DNA of 64,000 bases from the human T2T-CHM13v2.0 reference genome, Homo sapiens (GCF_009914755.1 NC_060928.1), one strand, 5' to 3'; numbered from the stretch's first letter, positions 27,285 to 42,068 are shown. Program-made: numbers and translations. Notes: a model not told the origin generated them from the sequence alone.

Positions 27285-28533
27285 GTAGGTCATTAGTCTA
27301 TGACCATCTGTGTCTGAAGTATTGGAGCAAAGATAACTAAGCCAACATACATTTTCCTTTTCAAATCAAAGGACAGTATTTTTCAAAGAATTTGAGAGAA
27401 ATGGCAATATGTATTGGTCCCTCTCGTAGATATTGCAATATAAAAAATAAATGGAGACACTACAGCATTCTCAGCACAGGATGCTACAAAACCAAAACTA
27501 ATTTACAAACATACACATGTGCACATTATGGTTAATCAGGTCAGATTAGGGCAAGACAAAGTATTAATATTGGCTCCATTATACTAATTAATAGCCAACT
27601 AGTCCCCTACTGCTAGTCATATATTCATCTGTTGTTTTGCTTATTGCTTTAACAGACAGTGTGTAATGACAAGATATAGGTCCCACTGAAACAGAAAATT
27701 AACGATTTATTTCCAAGACACAATGTAAGTAGACAGACTTGCTGTGAACGATTTTAATCTGGAGTTATTTAATCATATGGTACAATTACTTCAGATGTAC
27801 TTCATGAATTATGAACTGGAGCTCTTTATTAAATGACACTAATAATGTCACATAAGAATGCTAATATACTACTAAAACTTGTTAGAATTTCACTTTTTAG
27901 AAGAAATAGACTTCACTGCTGCATTCTATTATGAAGTTCTCTCTTATTCATCTAGACTTTACTCAAAAATTATTCGATACATACTCAAGATAGTTTTATG
28001 CCAGAGGAAGGATTGTATTTAAGACAAAGAGAACATTCACATTTTGTAATTGCAAGGAAGACAAAATTTTGTTTTCGGATTTTTTTTTTCAAAACATCAA
28101 GGACATTATAAGTATGTTAGTAGATATTGCAATTTTAAAGATCAGAACCAGTTCCTCTTCATTTATGAGCAAAGAAGCCTGAATTATTTTATTAGAGCAC
28201 AACTCAAGATTAAGATATCTAGGGCTGTGGAATAAAACTGCTTGTGTTTTAGACCTGCAAATACAGTGGGTTTGTTGACTTTTAAGACCATGGAACCATT
28301 TGCCTTCTTGCAACCGGCATAAATTTTATTTTTTGAAGGGTTTCTGCTTTGGTGGATATTACCTTAAATTGATGTTTACAACATGTCAGTTAAAAGCATT
28401 TTAAAAAATCAATTTCTGGTAGTTAAAAGCTCTATGGTTGATGAGTGTAATTATGCTTTTTTCAATATTTAGACCACATGACTTTAAAATGCAACAAAAA
28501 GATGTTTTTTGCCTTTTCTCCTCTGGCATTCAG

Positions 28534-28673
28534 GTGTATTTGTGCTGATGGATTTGAAGGAGAAAATTGTGAAGTCAACGTTGATGATTGTGAAGATAAT
28601 GACTGTGAAAATAATTCTACATGTGTCGATGGCATTAATAACTACACATGCCTTTGCCCACCTGAGTATACAG
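28534..28673 (+). CDS. SLIT2: SLIT2 coding exon (~29), EGF2 end and most of EGF3
   Basis: ttcag|G TGT ... ACA G|gtaca; 140 nt; [46 protein letters not shown]. Confidence 0.97.
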
Positions 28674-30381
28674 GTACAAATAATAGGAAATATTTTGCCT
28701 TCCATCAGTATATCTGTTTGAAAGCATCATTGGAACTATGTTATATATGTTTAGTAAATCTTTTTTTATTTGATAAATGGTAGGTGTCTTGAAAATCAGA
28801 TGTAATGTAAATAACATAAGGACTTAAAGATAGTTTCAGCTAACCAAATAAAAGACCCAGGAATCTCTGTTCAAACATACGCATCTATTATAAAGCCATG
28901 CTATCCAGTAATAAAAGAAGCTATTTTGCTAAAGCTTTTAGTCCCACAATTAAATGGCATTTTTGTGCAAACCATTTTCCCTGTGCAAACCAATCCCCAG
29001 TACCTGTGTGTAAAGAGGACATTTATTTAATAGCCAAAACATAATTAAGCTTTTGAGATCATTTGTCTTCATACTTGTGTCTTCGCTAGTGAGTATTTGC
29101 CTCTAGTAACCCATGTCCCTCAAAATAAAAGTCAGGAAGATATTGAGCACTTTGGATAGTCTTATAAGACTATCACCTTTTTTCTAACACTTTTGTTTCT
29201 TTGGATGACACATCTCATTAGAGTATTAATTGCTAAACTTCCTCCCTATTCAAACCAATTTGCTCTAAAGTCAACATCAAGTTTATGACTTGTCTGTTTT
29301 GTCAGAATTGATTTTTTATTTTTATTTTTTGTGGCTCCGAATTAGAAACTTCATAGATATGCTCTTTTTCCTTTAATAAATCACTTAACATTGACAAAGG
29401 AAAAACAAGAAAGTTGTACATTTTATTTGTAAGAAAAAAAATGGAGAAGTAATTTTGATCACTCTACTCAAAGTTGCCGTTTTCATTTTCTGGGTGCATT
29501 TCATTTACTATGTCTGTTTTCATATAATTTAATACATAGCGAGAAAATCAAAGGATGAAATTACAATGCAGGTGACTGGAGTTAACATCTCATAACATGA
29601 AAGATGAACATACATCTGTATAATTAAATTTTCCCAGGGATTTGTTGGAAAATTATTAAAACGGAAGCTTTTATGGAATACCCAAACTGAACTTTACTAG
29701 GTACCTTTCTTGATGGGAAAATGCTAGGTAGAATAATGAGGCTCGGTTTTGGCAACCCAGATCTGTTTGAGTGACTCTGAAGGCTGCCTTTTCTAGGGTC
29801 TTATTTTTAATTTTTATTTTTTTGGCACCAATAAAGCACCCAATGTCATGTAAAGCAGTAATAGCATATTAAGTTTCCAGTAGAAATTTGAACGTGCTGT
29901 ATTACCAAGTCTTCTAGTAGTTGTCTATGGCCCTTCGACTGCTTAGTGGGTGGAATTTTAGCATTATTTGATATTTTACATAAACAAAGAATAGCAAGTA
30001 TATTCAACATGCACCTTTCTAGAGTATCTGGAAAGAATGTAAATGTTATGTAGCTTTGATTTTCACACTAATATTACCAATATTATCACACCTCAGAAAC
30101 TTGACTTGGAGCCCTTTGAGCTGCCTAAGAATTTAACTTCATTGGATGGGCTAATTTAGACTTCTCCAAGAAGCCCGATGTTTGCACTAAAATCTGCTAC
30201 CTGGTACCTTCTTAGGATAGAATAATTCTCTTTTCCATCATTTTCCTGATCATTATAGACAGGGCTTAAGAACCCAGTTAATTTTGGAGGCCTCCTTAAA
30301 CCAAGCCACTGTCACTGCACCAGACAAATTGGACCCAAGCATTTCAAGCAAGCTTTGCCTAACCAATGCACAGAACCAGGA

Positions 30382-30425
<44 letters not shown>
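30382..30425. repeat. (TA)n microsatellite
   Basis: TA run with one TG interruption. Confidence 0.9.
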
Positions 30426-32896
30426 TTCCTGATGAAAACCTAGGCTTTGGAGCACAACTGCAATCAGGTTCTTATGTGTCTTTTTGACAATAAAATTTCT
30501 AGAAGGTGGTTGAGGACTCTTGAGTTGGTTTGGAGGAGTCCTCCTGCTTTGACTTTAGATTTGCTATTCCTTATTCTTATCCATTTCTTTTGAGTCTTTG
30601 TCTCACCTGCTCACCCTTCATTTCCCCAGCTCCCTCCCTACACCTGCTCCTCTTGAACACATGTTTTCTCCTATTCTAAGTGTCAGTTCAGAGCAGTTTC
30701 CTTGGAGAAGTGTTATGAAGCCTCACTTCCCCAACTATGTCAGATCTCTTTCTTTGAAACATATCATAAATACCTAAAGCTTAGCCAAACCATTTTTTAG
30801 CCAAAATGTGACATCTATAAAAGCTGTCATCTGGGAACTTGCCATGAGTATCTGTCAAGAGCCATTTGGCTCTCCACAAGAACTGGGACTGTTTTAGTCT
30901 TTTTACTTATAACTATTGCAAATGTCAGTTTGCCTTAATTTGGGCAAAGAATCAACAAAAATACTAAACAGAAAGTGCATGGCGTACAGAACATGAAGAT
31001 ATGACCATTTTATCTTTGGAATGGGTCTTGTGGGCCATGAAGAGTTTGACAATTTGGCATGAGAGAAGGTATCTAAATGGGGCAAATGTATAACTCATCT
31101 ATTAATTGTAGTATTTTTGTGCACACATGAAATGAGCTCATTTACAAAATTTCTAACAACCATCTGCGGATTTTGAAATCATTGACACATAAGTGACCTT
31201 TAATTATGGGGAAGTATGAATGAGGCTCTAGAGTTTTATATCCTACTTCATCCAAGTCTGCAGTTAAGGAGGAATTTTCTTATAATGTGATTATATGGTT
31301 TTAAATTTGAGTTTGGAATCTGATTAATGAGCATGAGATCTGGGAGCAGAAGCCCTGCTATGCTCAGGGAATATAATAGTGTTGTCAGTGTTTAAAAATC
31401 ATCCTAGTAACAAGTTGATTTTTCCTTTGAAAATTTTTTATTCTATATCCCGAAAGCATACAATGAGAAGTGAACTCTGTTTAATAAGAACAAATAATGA
31501 CTTACAGAAAAAAAGCTTGTAAATTATTATGGTGACAGTTTTTGTATTTGACACCTATGTCAAGAGTCAGAACGGACATTATGTCAATGGAAACAAATTC
31601 AGAGATCTGAGAGCAATCTGACAGAGAAGTTATGATGTGATGAACAGACTACAAAACGTGACTAGAAATATTTAAAATAAAATGAGCCACCAATGGGGAA
31701 TTTATTAAACATTGTTTAAGCCCTATGTGACCAAAATATCACAGTAAGTAGTTACTGATTTGTTAGAGGAGAAAATTCTCTGCTCTTTCCTGCTCCAGGG
31801 ATTGACAGCATGAATTGTAAGGACAAGTACTGTTTTTCTGTTATTTAAATATTGCTGTAACTTCACCACCCTAGTCACCAAAACCATTCTCCATATACTC
31901 CAGTTATCATCTGTGCTTCCAGTTGTGTAATGCATGACTGCCGATTACTAGTATATTTTAGGTAAGATTAACTTTTGAAAAGTTGAATTCACTATGAATC
32001 TAAATTAACATCCCTATACTATTAAGAAAGTAGGACTTCAGAATTGTTAAACAAATAATTTTAAAATTAAATTTAAGGTTTTAATTGTAGCTTGAGAGAA
32101 TTTTGTTGATTTTGATTTTTTGTTTGGTTATTTTTTTAAAATCATGATCATCTTCTTTCTAAAGACAAGACATTTCTTGGAGCTAAATTTCCAAGGAATT
32201 CCTGAAATAACATAAACCTAACACCTATGCAAATAAAAACTATAAATGTGGCACCCCTGTTTTTTAAAAAAATGGACACTTTTTTTAGGCTGTAGTGTTA
32301 ACTTAGGTGTTTAATTCAAAAATGTGCTTTTGTATATTTCCCAACAGTCAGAACCCTGGATCTGCTGTATCAAGACTGTGTGTCTTAATTAACTTTTATT
32401 CTTACAGGACCACATACAAGTATGACACAGTTGATCACATTTTAAGCCCTTCTTTCACTTAATGGGATTACTTAAATTCCATAAAGTGAACATCTCCATG
32501 CAGATTGGGTGTGTAAAGCCTTAGAACACATTTTGTGGAAAATATTCAGACCACTTTAAATTTTCCATTGTGTACCCATTTTCTCTTTGTTTTCCGAATC
32601 TCTGACGCCCATGCACAAGCCATTCAGTGTCCATCTTAAACAGTAAAACTGCTGGTTGTTCCATCACCTGGTTTAGACGCAGACCTCTAGCTCCCTGTGA
32701 TGGCATTTACCTTTTGCCTCATTTTCTCCATGTTTGTGCGTGTGGCCCGGCTGTAGGTAAGAAATCCAAGCCTTGCTTCAGCTTGCTCGCCCACCCCTGC
32801 TTCTCTGTTGTGAACGCTGCGCATTGGCTTCCTGTGCTCTGCTGTTGTATTGCAATGTAAAAAGTCTTTTGTCTCTTCTGTCTTTGTCGCTGCCAG

Positions 32897-32923
32897 CTGC
32901 TAATCTGAATGAGGTGGAAAAAG
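32897..32923 (+). CDS. SLIT2: SLIT2 alternative 27-nt microexon inserting AANLNEVEK into EGF3
   Basis: pyrimidine tract 32865-32890 + tgccag acceptor, AAG|gttagt donor; phase 1-1 matches flanking exons, no stop. The peptide resembles a 9-aa Slit2 insert I recall from vertebrate isoforms (unverified). Confidence 0.75.
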
Positions 32924-33488
32924 GTTAGTTGCCTTTTAAGTCTATTATGATTTTCATTTTAGTCTCCCTCTTTCTTGTAAAGTTACATAGATTTCACTGC
33001 GGGTACACAGTAAAAAGGAATGTTGACAAAATATAAAATCTGAAAACAATATGCCAAATCAGTCATTCAGATGTTTAATCTATGCATCGCTATGACAAAC
33101 AGTATAAAATGGGCCTCTGAAATGCAATTTATCTATTGTTAGAAGACAATGAATAGAAACTTTTTGAGTGGGAAGAAGGGGTGGCTAGAATAAGGGACTA
33201 ATATAAATTTTTTTAATTTTCTACTTGTCTATATTCTTTCACTTTTTAAATATATCACAAACATATTATTTTTGGAATGAAAAACATAGGTTATTTAGTA
33301 CTGTAGATAAGGCTGTAGATAGAAAAATTTTTAAGTAAGACTATTCCCATAACTTTAAGCAAATATCTTTAGTAACATGTAACATGAAAAATATTTGAAG
33401 GTGTATACATTTATTGAAACACTTTATGAAATAAATATTATAAAGCCCAAGAAGTTGACTTATAAATTTGTGTTATAGGATACCGTGA

Positions 33489-33924
<436 letters not shown>

Positions 33925-34153
33925 TGAGTCATAGAATTATTAGAGTGATAGCCATGTCTGGGAAATCATCATGGAATATTTATGAAATGTTATCTTAAAG
34001 ACTCAGAGTTTTAACTAATTACATTGGATTTTTAATTATTCAGCTTACCAAAAGTCTTCAAGTACCAAATGCTGGCACAGTGTCCTAAAAGGAACACAAC
34101 GTGTGCTTGTCTTGATAGCTCCAGTTGTATCTGAAGCATTTGCAGTTGGATTA

Positions 34154-34483
<330 letters not shown>

Positions 34484-37400
34484 TTATTATATAGCAGGTC
34501 TCTCTGTCTTCTCTTGCTATGGGCTTCATTTCCTCTGTTGCATTGTTTGGATGATTTACTGTGTTTGCTGACTTACTCTTACAGTGTGCAGAGTTAAGTT
34601 GAAAACAAATGGTTTCATATTTTAGAATGTAACAGTATAACATGTGCTATTCTCTGTGGATTAATGCATCTAATACCTTCCTGGGTCAAATGGCTTCTTT
34701 TCTCTTTACAAGTACTAAGCAATTGGTGGCCTGGGTCAGGGATGTCTAAGGTCTGAGTCTATCTCAGAAACATAATAGCAATTATTCCATCACAGGAATA
34801 TGTCCTTAAATTGTTGTGTATACTCTTAGAAACAATCTTGGCAGTACAAGTGTTTTAAATCGCCATGTGGTTTCATGTGTTGACTAAATTTCATGCTTAT
34901 GTTTATAAAAGCTCCCTTTTATTTCCAAGAATTTGCTGCTGACTGAATTTGCTTTTAAAAGCAGTCAAATCATTCTCTATATTTTCAATTCAAAACTTAA
35001 TTGGAAATAGAATTTCCATTTTTTTCTAGCACCTGGGGGAATTGTCTTAAATAAAAAGAATGTATATCATTAGTCGATACATTGTTAATTTAAAAGAACT
35101 CTGCAGTTTATGTGAACAACACAAAGGTGGGAAAAAACTTCTATGAAACAACGATAAACCACTTATTCAAGGATATGCACCTTGTAAGTAGAGGCCCAGA
35201 TGCAAACCCATGTCTCATTGGCCCCAAAGCATGCACTTTGAGGTGGGGGCCTCTGCTGGAGCCTGTCCCTTCTGCCTTGCTGCCTCCTTCCAGGCACGGC
35301 TTCTTTTCTATCTCACAATAGCTTATTTCTCATTCATGATTTATGCCAAACAAGCTTTCCTTCTGCTCTCCTGCTGTCTCTTCAGCTCGCTGTGCACAAT
35401 TGTCCTTATGTAAGGAAAGCTGTACCCACAAAATTCAAGTGCAGCCAAGCCGTCTATTTTATCTAGATAGGAAAAAAGCACCGAATGAATGCCTGTACAA
35501 TTAATGAATAAATTCCCCCCGAGAACTAGGCTACCTTTTATCCCATAAGGCAGGTGGTTAGTTTGTGTAGGTAAGGGGAAAAGTTCGGGTTTCTCTTCCT
35601 GGCACGAATATTTATAAACTCTGGGACACCTCCCAGTCTTTTATTTTTCTTCTGTGAAAGAGGAATAATGATATCTGTCATATAATTCACATAGACATTT
35701 GAGAGTAACATGTAACTATGTATCGGAAAACACTTTGAATTGGTAAATGTCTATACTCTGGAAATATCGAAGGCTGCCCTGTAAGACAGGTTTAAATTTT
35801 GCATCATTTAATTCCAGCCATCATCACTACAGTGACATGGTTCAGATATATTTGATGCCATTCCTCATGGCAGAAGAATTCTTATGGGAATTCTTTATTC
35901 AATTTTTTATAAAGAAAATTACCTAAGGTAAATTATGTATAGAATGGAAATTTCTCTCCCCATATTGTTCAGTATTGTCTGTCTTTATTATTATTGTTTT
36001 TAATTGTACTTTGTATGCTCACTTCGTATAGAAAGATTTTATTTAGGGATAGGTCTTTGGTTCTCTTTGCCCCCATACACTACTTTGAAACATAAAGAAA
36101 TACACAATGCTGAAGAGCTCTTGGATTTGGCTGAGTTGGATTTGTAGATTTTGTGTATATTTTTAGATTTTCATGATCTCTTAGTAACAGTGACTTCTGT
36201 TTTTAATTCTGCTTCGAGATGTGTAAGGTCTTTATATCAAGGTCGTTATAGTTGTGGACACACTTGTGAGCCTCAAATAAGGGAAACGTTAAGTTGCCAT
36301 CTGTTTTTACTAGAGAGAATACTTTGGCAGCCTAATGATACTATGTGGTTTGTATTCATCCTCCAACCTTTCAAAACTTTCTTAAATGCACTTTAATCTC
36401 AAAAAAAAGTTTTAAAGATCTTGTTTGCTCTTTAGTTAATAGGCAGTGCCCATTGAGCCCAGAACAACAATTTAGCCTAAGCAAGTCTTATTCAATCTAA
36501 TTTGAATTTATTTATTTTGAAAACTGAGTTAAATATTTTCTGAAGTTTCAGTAGCTGCTGGAATTGGCTATATTATTTAGCCTCAGTGTTCCAATAAGGA
36601 AATGCTGAAAAACACTTCATTTTCTGTTTGTTTATTTGGAGAGGTAAGTTTTTTTTTTTTCATTTAAAAATATACCAGATGCTTATTGAGAAAATATATT
36701 ATGCAGGACACCATGCTAAGTATTGAAAGTGATACAAAAATCCATAAGACATTACCCTGATCTACTGAGCAAAAACTCTTTGGCTTTGATTCTTTACTGC
36801 AAGATCAGATCAGTTCAAATATTTCTCAGTACATAACCATCACTTCTCACATTCCAAGAACATTAATAATATAATATAGCTACTTTACTAGTTTGTAAGT
36901 AAAGAAAAACACTCCTTCTGAATATGGACACCGACCAATCTCCCTGACAGAGTCAAGCAACTCATTTCATACCACTTAGAAAACAAAAATAGGAACCGAA
37001 AACTGATTTTCCTTCTTTGAAATGTCTTAACACCTACATTTATAGCATATTTTCTTGAACCTTCCTATTTTGAATTATGATAAACTTTTATCTCACAGGG
37101 TTTCTCTATGGCAGCATTCCGATTATGTACGTGTCCCATTTTGCACCTATTGCACACAAAGATCACATCTGTTAATGGCTAATGTATCTTACTGGGCATC
37201 TGCCTGTGTTACTGTGTTGTGGTGCCTGGGATTATAACCTTGAGTATGTAACAAATAGGGCCTGCCTGGTTTAGCAAAAGAGGAGAAAATATACATACTT
37301 TTCTTTCAGGTCCAACTTAATGAAGCTGCCCTGTGATGACTCCCATAATCTCATCAGCTATATCCACCCTGTGCTATAGATCATCAGTCTCTCTGCCACA

Positions 37401-38684
37401 CTGCATGGTCTGTAGGAGGAGAGAGAATGTTTCTGTTTCTATAAATAAAGAACAAATGGGAAATGTATACTTTTTAAAATCAGAATTGGATCGAATTTAT
37501 AAAATTTGGTAATGATAAACATTCAGGTCCATTCATCTTAACCTTCCTCAAACATTCCACTTAAGTGCTGACAAGTGCAATTTCTTGATAATGGAGCTCA
37601 TAGTCTCCATCCTCCATTGGAATGGTAATTGTTAGGCATAAAAATACAGTAGGGAAATCTGGAAATGAACAGTCTACCCATCTCATCCAGCCTGCAAGGG
37701 CACACCTCGGGCTCACATCTCAGAACACAAATCTGCTATCAGTTTTTTAATTCTCTCTTTGCTTCCTTACATTGTTCTTTATGTGATCTGGGTCTCCATT
37801 AACATTTAAAAAGCATTTGCCTGCAAGAAGCAATCAAATAAGTGCTATCTTTCCTATTTTTTTATCCAGCACTAGTTTGTGCCACTTTACTAGCGAATGC
37901 AATGGGAATGGAGAAATACAAAAATATAAATATAAAGGTATCCCATGCCCTCAAGTAGTGTACTTTTAAGAAACTAAATCATATTTTTTATCTATTAGGT
38001 TGCTTATTTTGATATCTTCCCTTGCTGAGTTAATTCAAAGAGAATAAAATTAGTACATTTATTCAAATCTTTCTTGAGTTTGACTGATTACATTTAACAC
38101 TAGAATTCTGGTCCAGTTATTCAGATTGCCATCCTAAATTTCTCCTTCATTATTATCAATATTAATAATTATTTCTTATAAAAAACAGTTTGTTACAAGT
38201 TACAGTAGGAATAAAAATGGGCTGCAGTATCAGCTCCAGTACCCTCGCCACCTCTTTCGTACATCTATGATATCCAGAATGGACTCAGATTTTTATCTAT
38301 TTCAAAGAGAGAAGAAGCTAATCTAGTTACATTAGCAGAAGGTAGCAACAGTAGCAAGAGTTACGTGTGCCAGCAACACCATGTACTGCTATCTAAAATT
38401 ATTTTGTTGTAGACATGCCCAATTTGAATTTAAAAAGCTAACTTTGGGGAAAATTAAAGAGAGATACTCAACATCCATTTAGTGTAAAACAAATTAATAT
38501 TTTTAACAGTGATTTGAGTTGGAAAATTTCAGAAATCTTAATCTGGGGACAAAATGACCCACTTTTTTGATAAGCAGGCTTCCACCTTTTTGATAAGCAG
38601 GCTTTGAGGACTAAATAAGCCTAGATGAGACATCCCATTGCCCAGATTTCTTGGTAGATAGAAAGCAATTAATAGTCCAGCCAA

Positions 38685-38985
38685 GGTGGGCACAGTAGCT
38701 CATGCCTATAATCCTGGCACTTTGGGAGGCCGAGGCAGGTGGATCACGAGGTCAGGAGTTTGAGACCAGCCTTGCCAATATGGTGAAACCTTGTCTCTAC
38801 TGAAAATACAAAAAAAAAAATCAGCTGGGCGTGGTGGTGCGTGCCTGTAATCCCAGCTACTCAGGAGGCTGAGGCAGGAGATTACTCAAACCCAGGAGGC
38901 GGAGGTTACACTGAGCTGAGATTGCACCACTGCACTTTAGCCTGGGTGACAGAACAAGACTCCGTCTAGGGAAAAAAAAAAAAAA
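38685..38985 (+). mobile_element. Alu (AluS), sense
   Basis: full dimer with A-tail; TSD aatag(t/c)ccagccaa. Confidence 0.95.
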
Positions 38986-39635
38986 TAGCCCAGCCAACAA
39001 TTCTTCAAAACTTTCCTGTCTGTAATTAACACAGCTTATTTAGCAAAGAGAACAAATCTCTTTGGGGTAATAATGTATTTCGGAACTGTATAATATAGTT
39101 TTTAATAATAATTAAAAATAAAAATTTCATTCAGCCCAGTTTCTAGGCCGGGATGCTACACATATGTCAGTCATTAAGGAAACTTAACGGACAGTAGGAA
39201 ATTAGATGTTGATCTTATTTCTCTAAATTTTCCATATAGGAACTTCTCCAGGGTAAAGCTTTGTCATACTCATCCTTCAATCATTTGCTAGATCTAGCAC
39301 AAAAAATTTCTCCCAAGATGTGTAATGAAAATTACACTAAAGCAGCTTTTGTTGGCGAAATAAAAAAACCTCACTCTGAGAGAGTACATGTAAACTAATT
39401 ATATAATCAGTAAATTTATTTTTAAACTATTCTTACTCATTTCGGGAAACATTTATTGTTAACTCTCATGGACCATATACTATCTTCATTATTCATTCAT
39501 TTGTCAAAAAATTACTATAGTTAAGAAATTTCAACAATGCTTAATGAGTTAAAGCAGTATTTTTTAAAGAAAAAGTACATTTAAGAAATTTGACAGTATG
39601 TACAGGAAATGTAAATCAACTCAAATATTCTCCAA

Positions 39636-40003
<368 letters not shown>

Positions 40004-40076
40004 TTGATATAATGTAAAGTAATAAAACACTTTCAGGATTATTTTTATACTTAATGATAGTATATATATATTATAC

Positions 40077-40100
40077 GTGTGTGTGTGTGTGTGTGTGTGT
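40077..40100. repeat. (GT)n microsatellite
   Basis: perfect GT run. Confidence 0.9.
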
Positions 40101-40707
40101 ATGCACATAAGTAGTTAATAATTGCAGCTGTTAAAGTTCAAGATCATCTGCAAACTTACCATAAAGCTGATGGCACAGGCATTCGACTCACTTTCTCTTC
40201 TTCAAGACACAGTAGTCTATGATTCTCTTGCCTTTGCTGTCTTTAAGACCTTGAAGAGGAGAATTGTTGTTATTATTTGGTGGATAGCCTGTCCTGCAAG
40301 CCCTAACTGCTAACACCAGCTCCCCTCCAACAGAGGAGTAAGTGATGATTGGTCCAAGTCAAGCACAACTCACAGTGCTTTGCAGAGAGACATCTGGCCA
40401 CAGCAGCAAATGTAGAGCTAATCTACACTACTGTGCTCCACTTACATCTTGACTCTCTTGAAGCACGGGGAGCCTTGTCATGGAGCACTCCTTCTCCTTT
40501 GTGCACCGCTTATTACAGACTGACTGTTGGAGAAGCTTATAGTCCTAAAAGAAAACTTGAGACAAAGGAGAGGACAGCTACATGAAATAAAATGAGAGGA
40601 AAGAGACGTAAAAATGAAAAAAAGAAAAAGAAAAAGGAAGAAATAGTGGCATAAGTTGAAAGTTTTATTCCCCGCTGTAAACTTCCAGTGATTTGGAATT
40701 TACTACC

Positions 40708-41095
40708 TGTATTGTTTTGCTAGGGCTGCCATAACAAATTACTGCAAACTGGAGGCTTAAACAACAGAGTTTTATTGTCTTACAGTTCTGGAGGCTAGAG
40801 GTCTGAAATCAAGGTGTTGATTCCTGCCAAGGATTGTGAGGGAAATGTCTCTTCCAGGCCTGTCTAGTTGGCTTCTCCCTGTTTTTCATATCATCTTCCC
40901 TCTATGCCTGTCTTTCTTGGTATCCAGGTTTCCCTTTTTGATAACACAAGCCATATTGGATTAGGGCCTATCCTAATGACTTTATTTTAACTTGATTTCC
41001 TCAGTAAAAACTCTATCTCAAAATAAGGTCACAACCTGGGGTACTAGAGGACTCACACATATTTTGTTTTGAGGGGCACAATTGAATCCTCAACA
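40708..41095 (-). mobile_element. MaLR solo LTR (MLT1 family)
   Basis: tgtattgttttgctagggctgccataacaaattac...cagttctggaggctag...ggggcacaattgaatcctcaaca. Confidence 0.8.
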
Positions 41096-41402
41096 CCACA
41101 TCACTGTATTTTAAACTCTGTTTGCACCAGAAAACCTGGTCTTCTTCCACTGTTCTCCATGTCACCAAAAGGTAATTCCCAATATAGGTACCCAAATCAT
41201 AGACATTCTAGACAACTCCCTTTCTCTCTTTCCCCCATGCTTATTCAGTCCATCACAAAGTCCCATCTGTTTTGCTTCCTAAACACTGCTTTGGGCCATG
41301 TATATCTCCACCCCACCCCTACCCTGTACAAGTGGTCACCTCTCATGTGCACTTGTATCCCCACTTATGCAATCTGCCATCCTCCACTGGAGACAGAGTT
41401 CT

Positions 41403-41792
<390 letters not shown>

Positions 41793-42068
41793 TGAAGACC
41801 TTCGACCCTGTGGCCCAGCCAGCCTCTGGGGCTCCTCTGGCACCATGTTTTCCCGGGCTCACTCCCCATCTCTTAGGGCTCCTGTTCTTCATGCTGCCTC
41901 CTGCAGAAGCCTCTGTCAGAGCTCTTCATTCTCCACTTCACCCTTGCCTCTGAGTCTCACCTCTTCAGAAGAATCTCTCCTGTCCTTCTTCAGAGGAAAC
42001 AGTCCCTTTCTAGGGCCCCATAAAATGTTCCTGCTTAGCATTCAGCACAGAGGCAATTTTATGCATAT

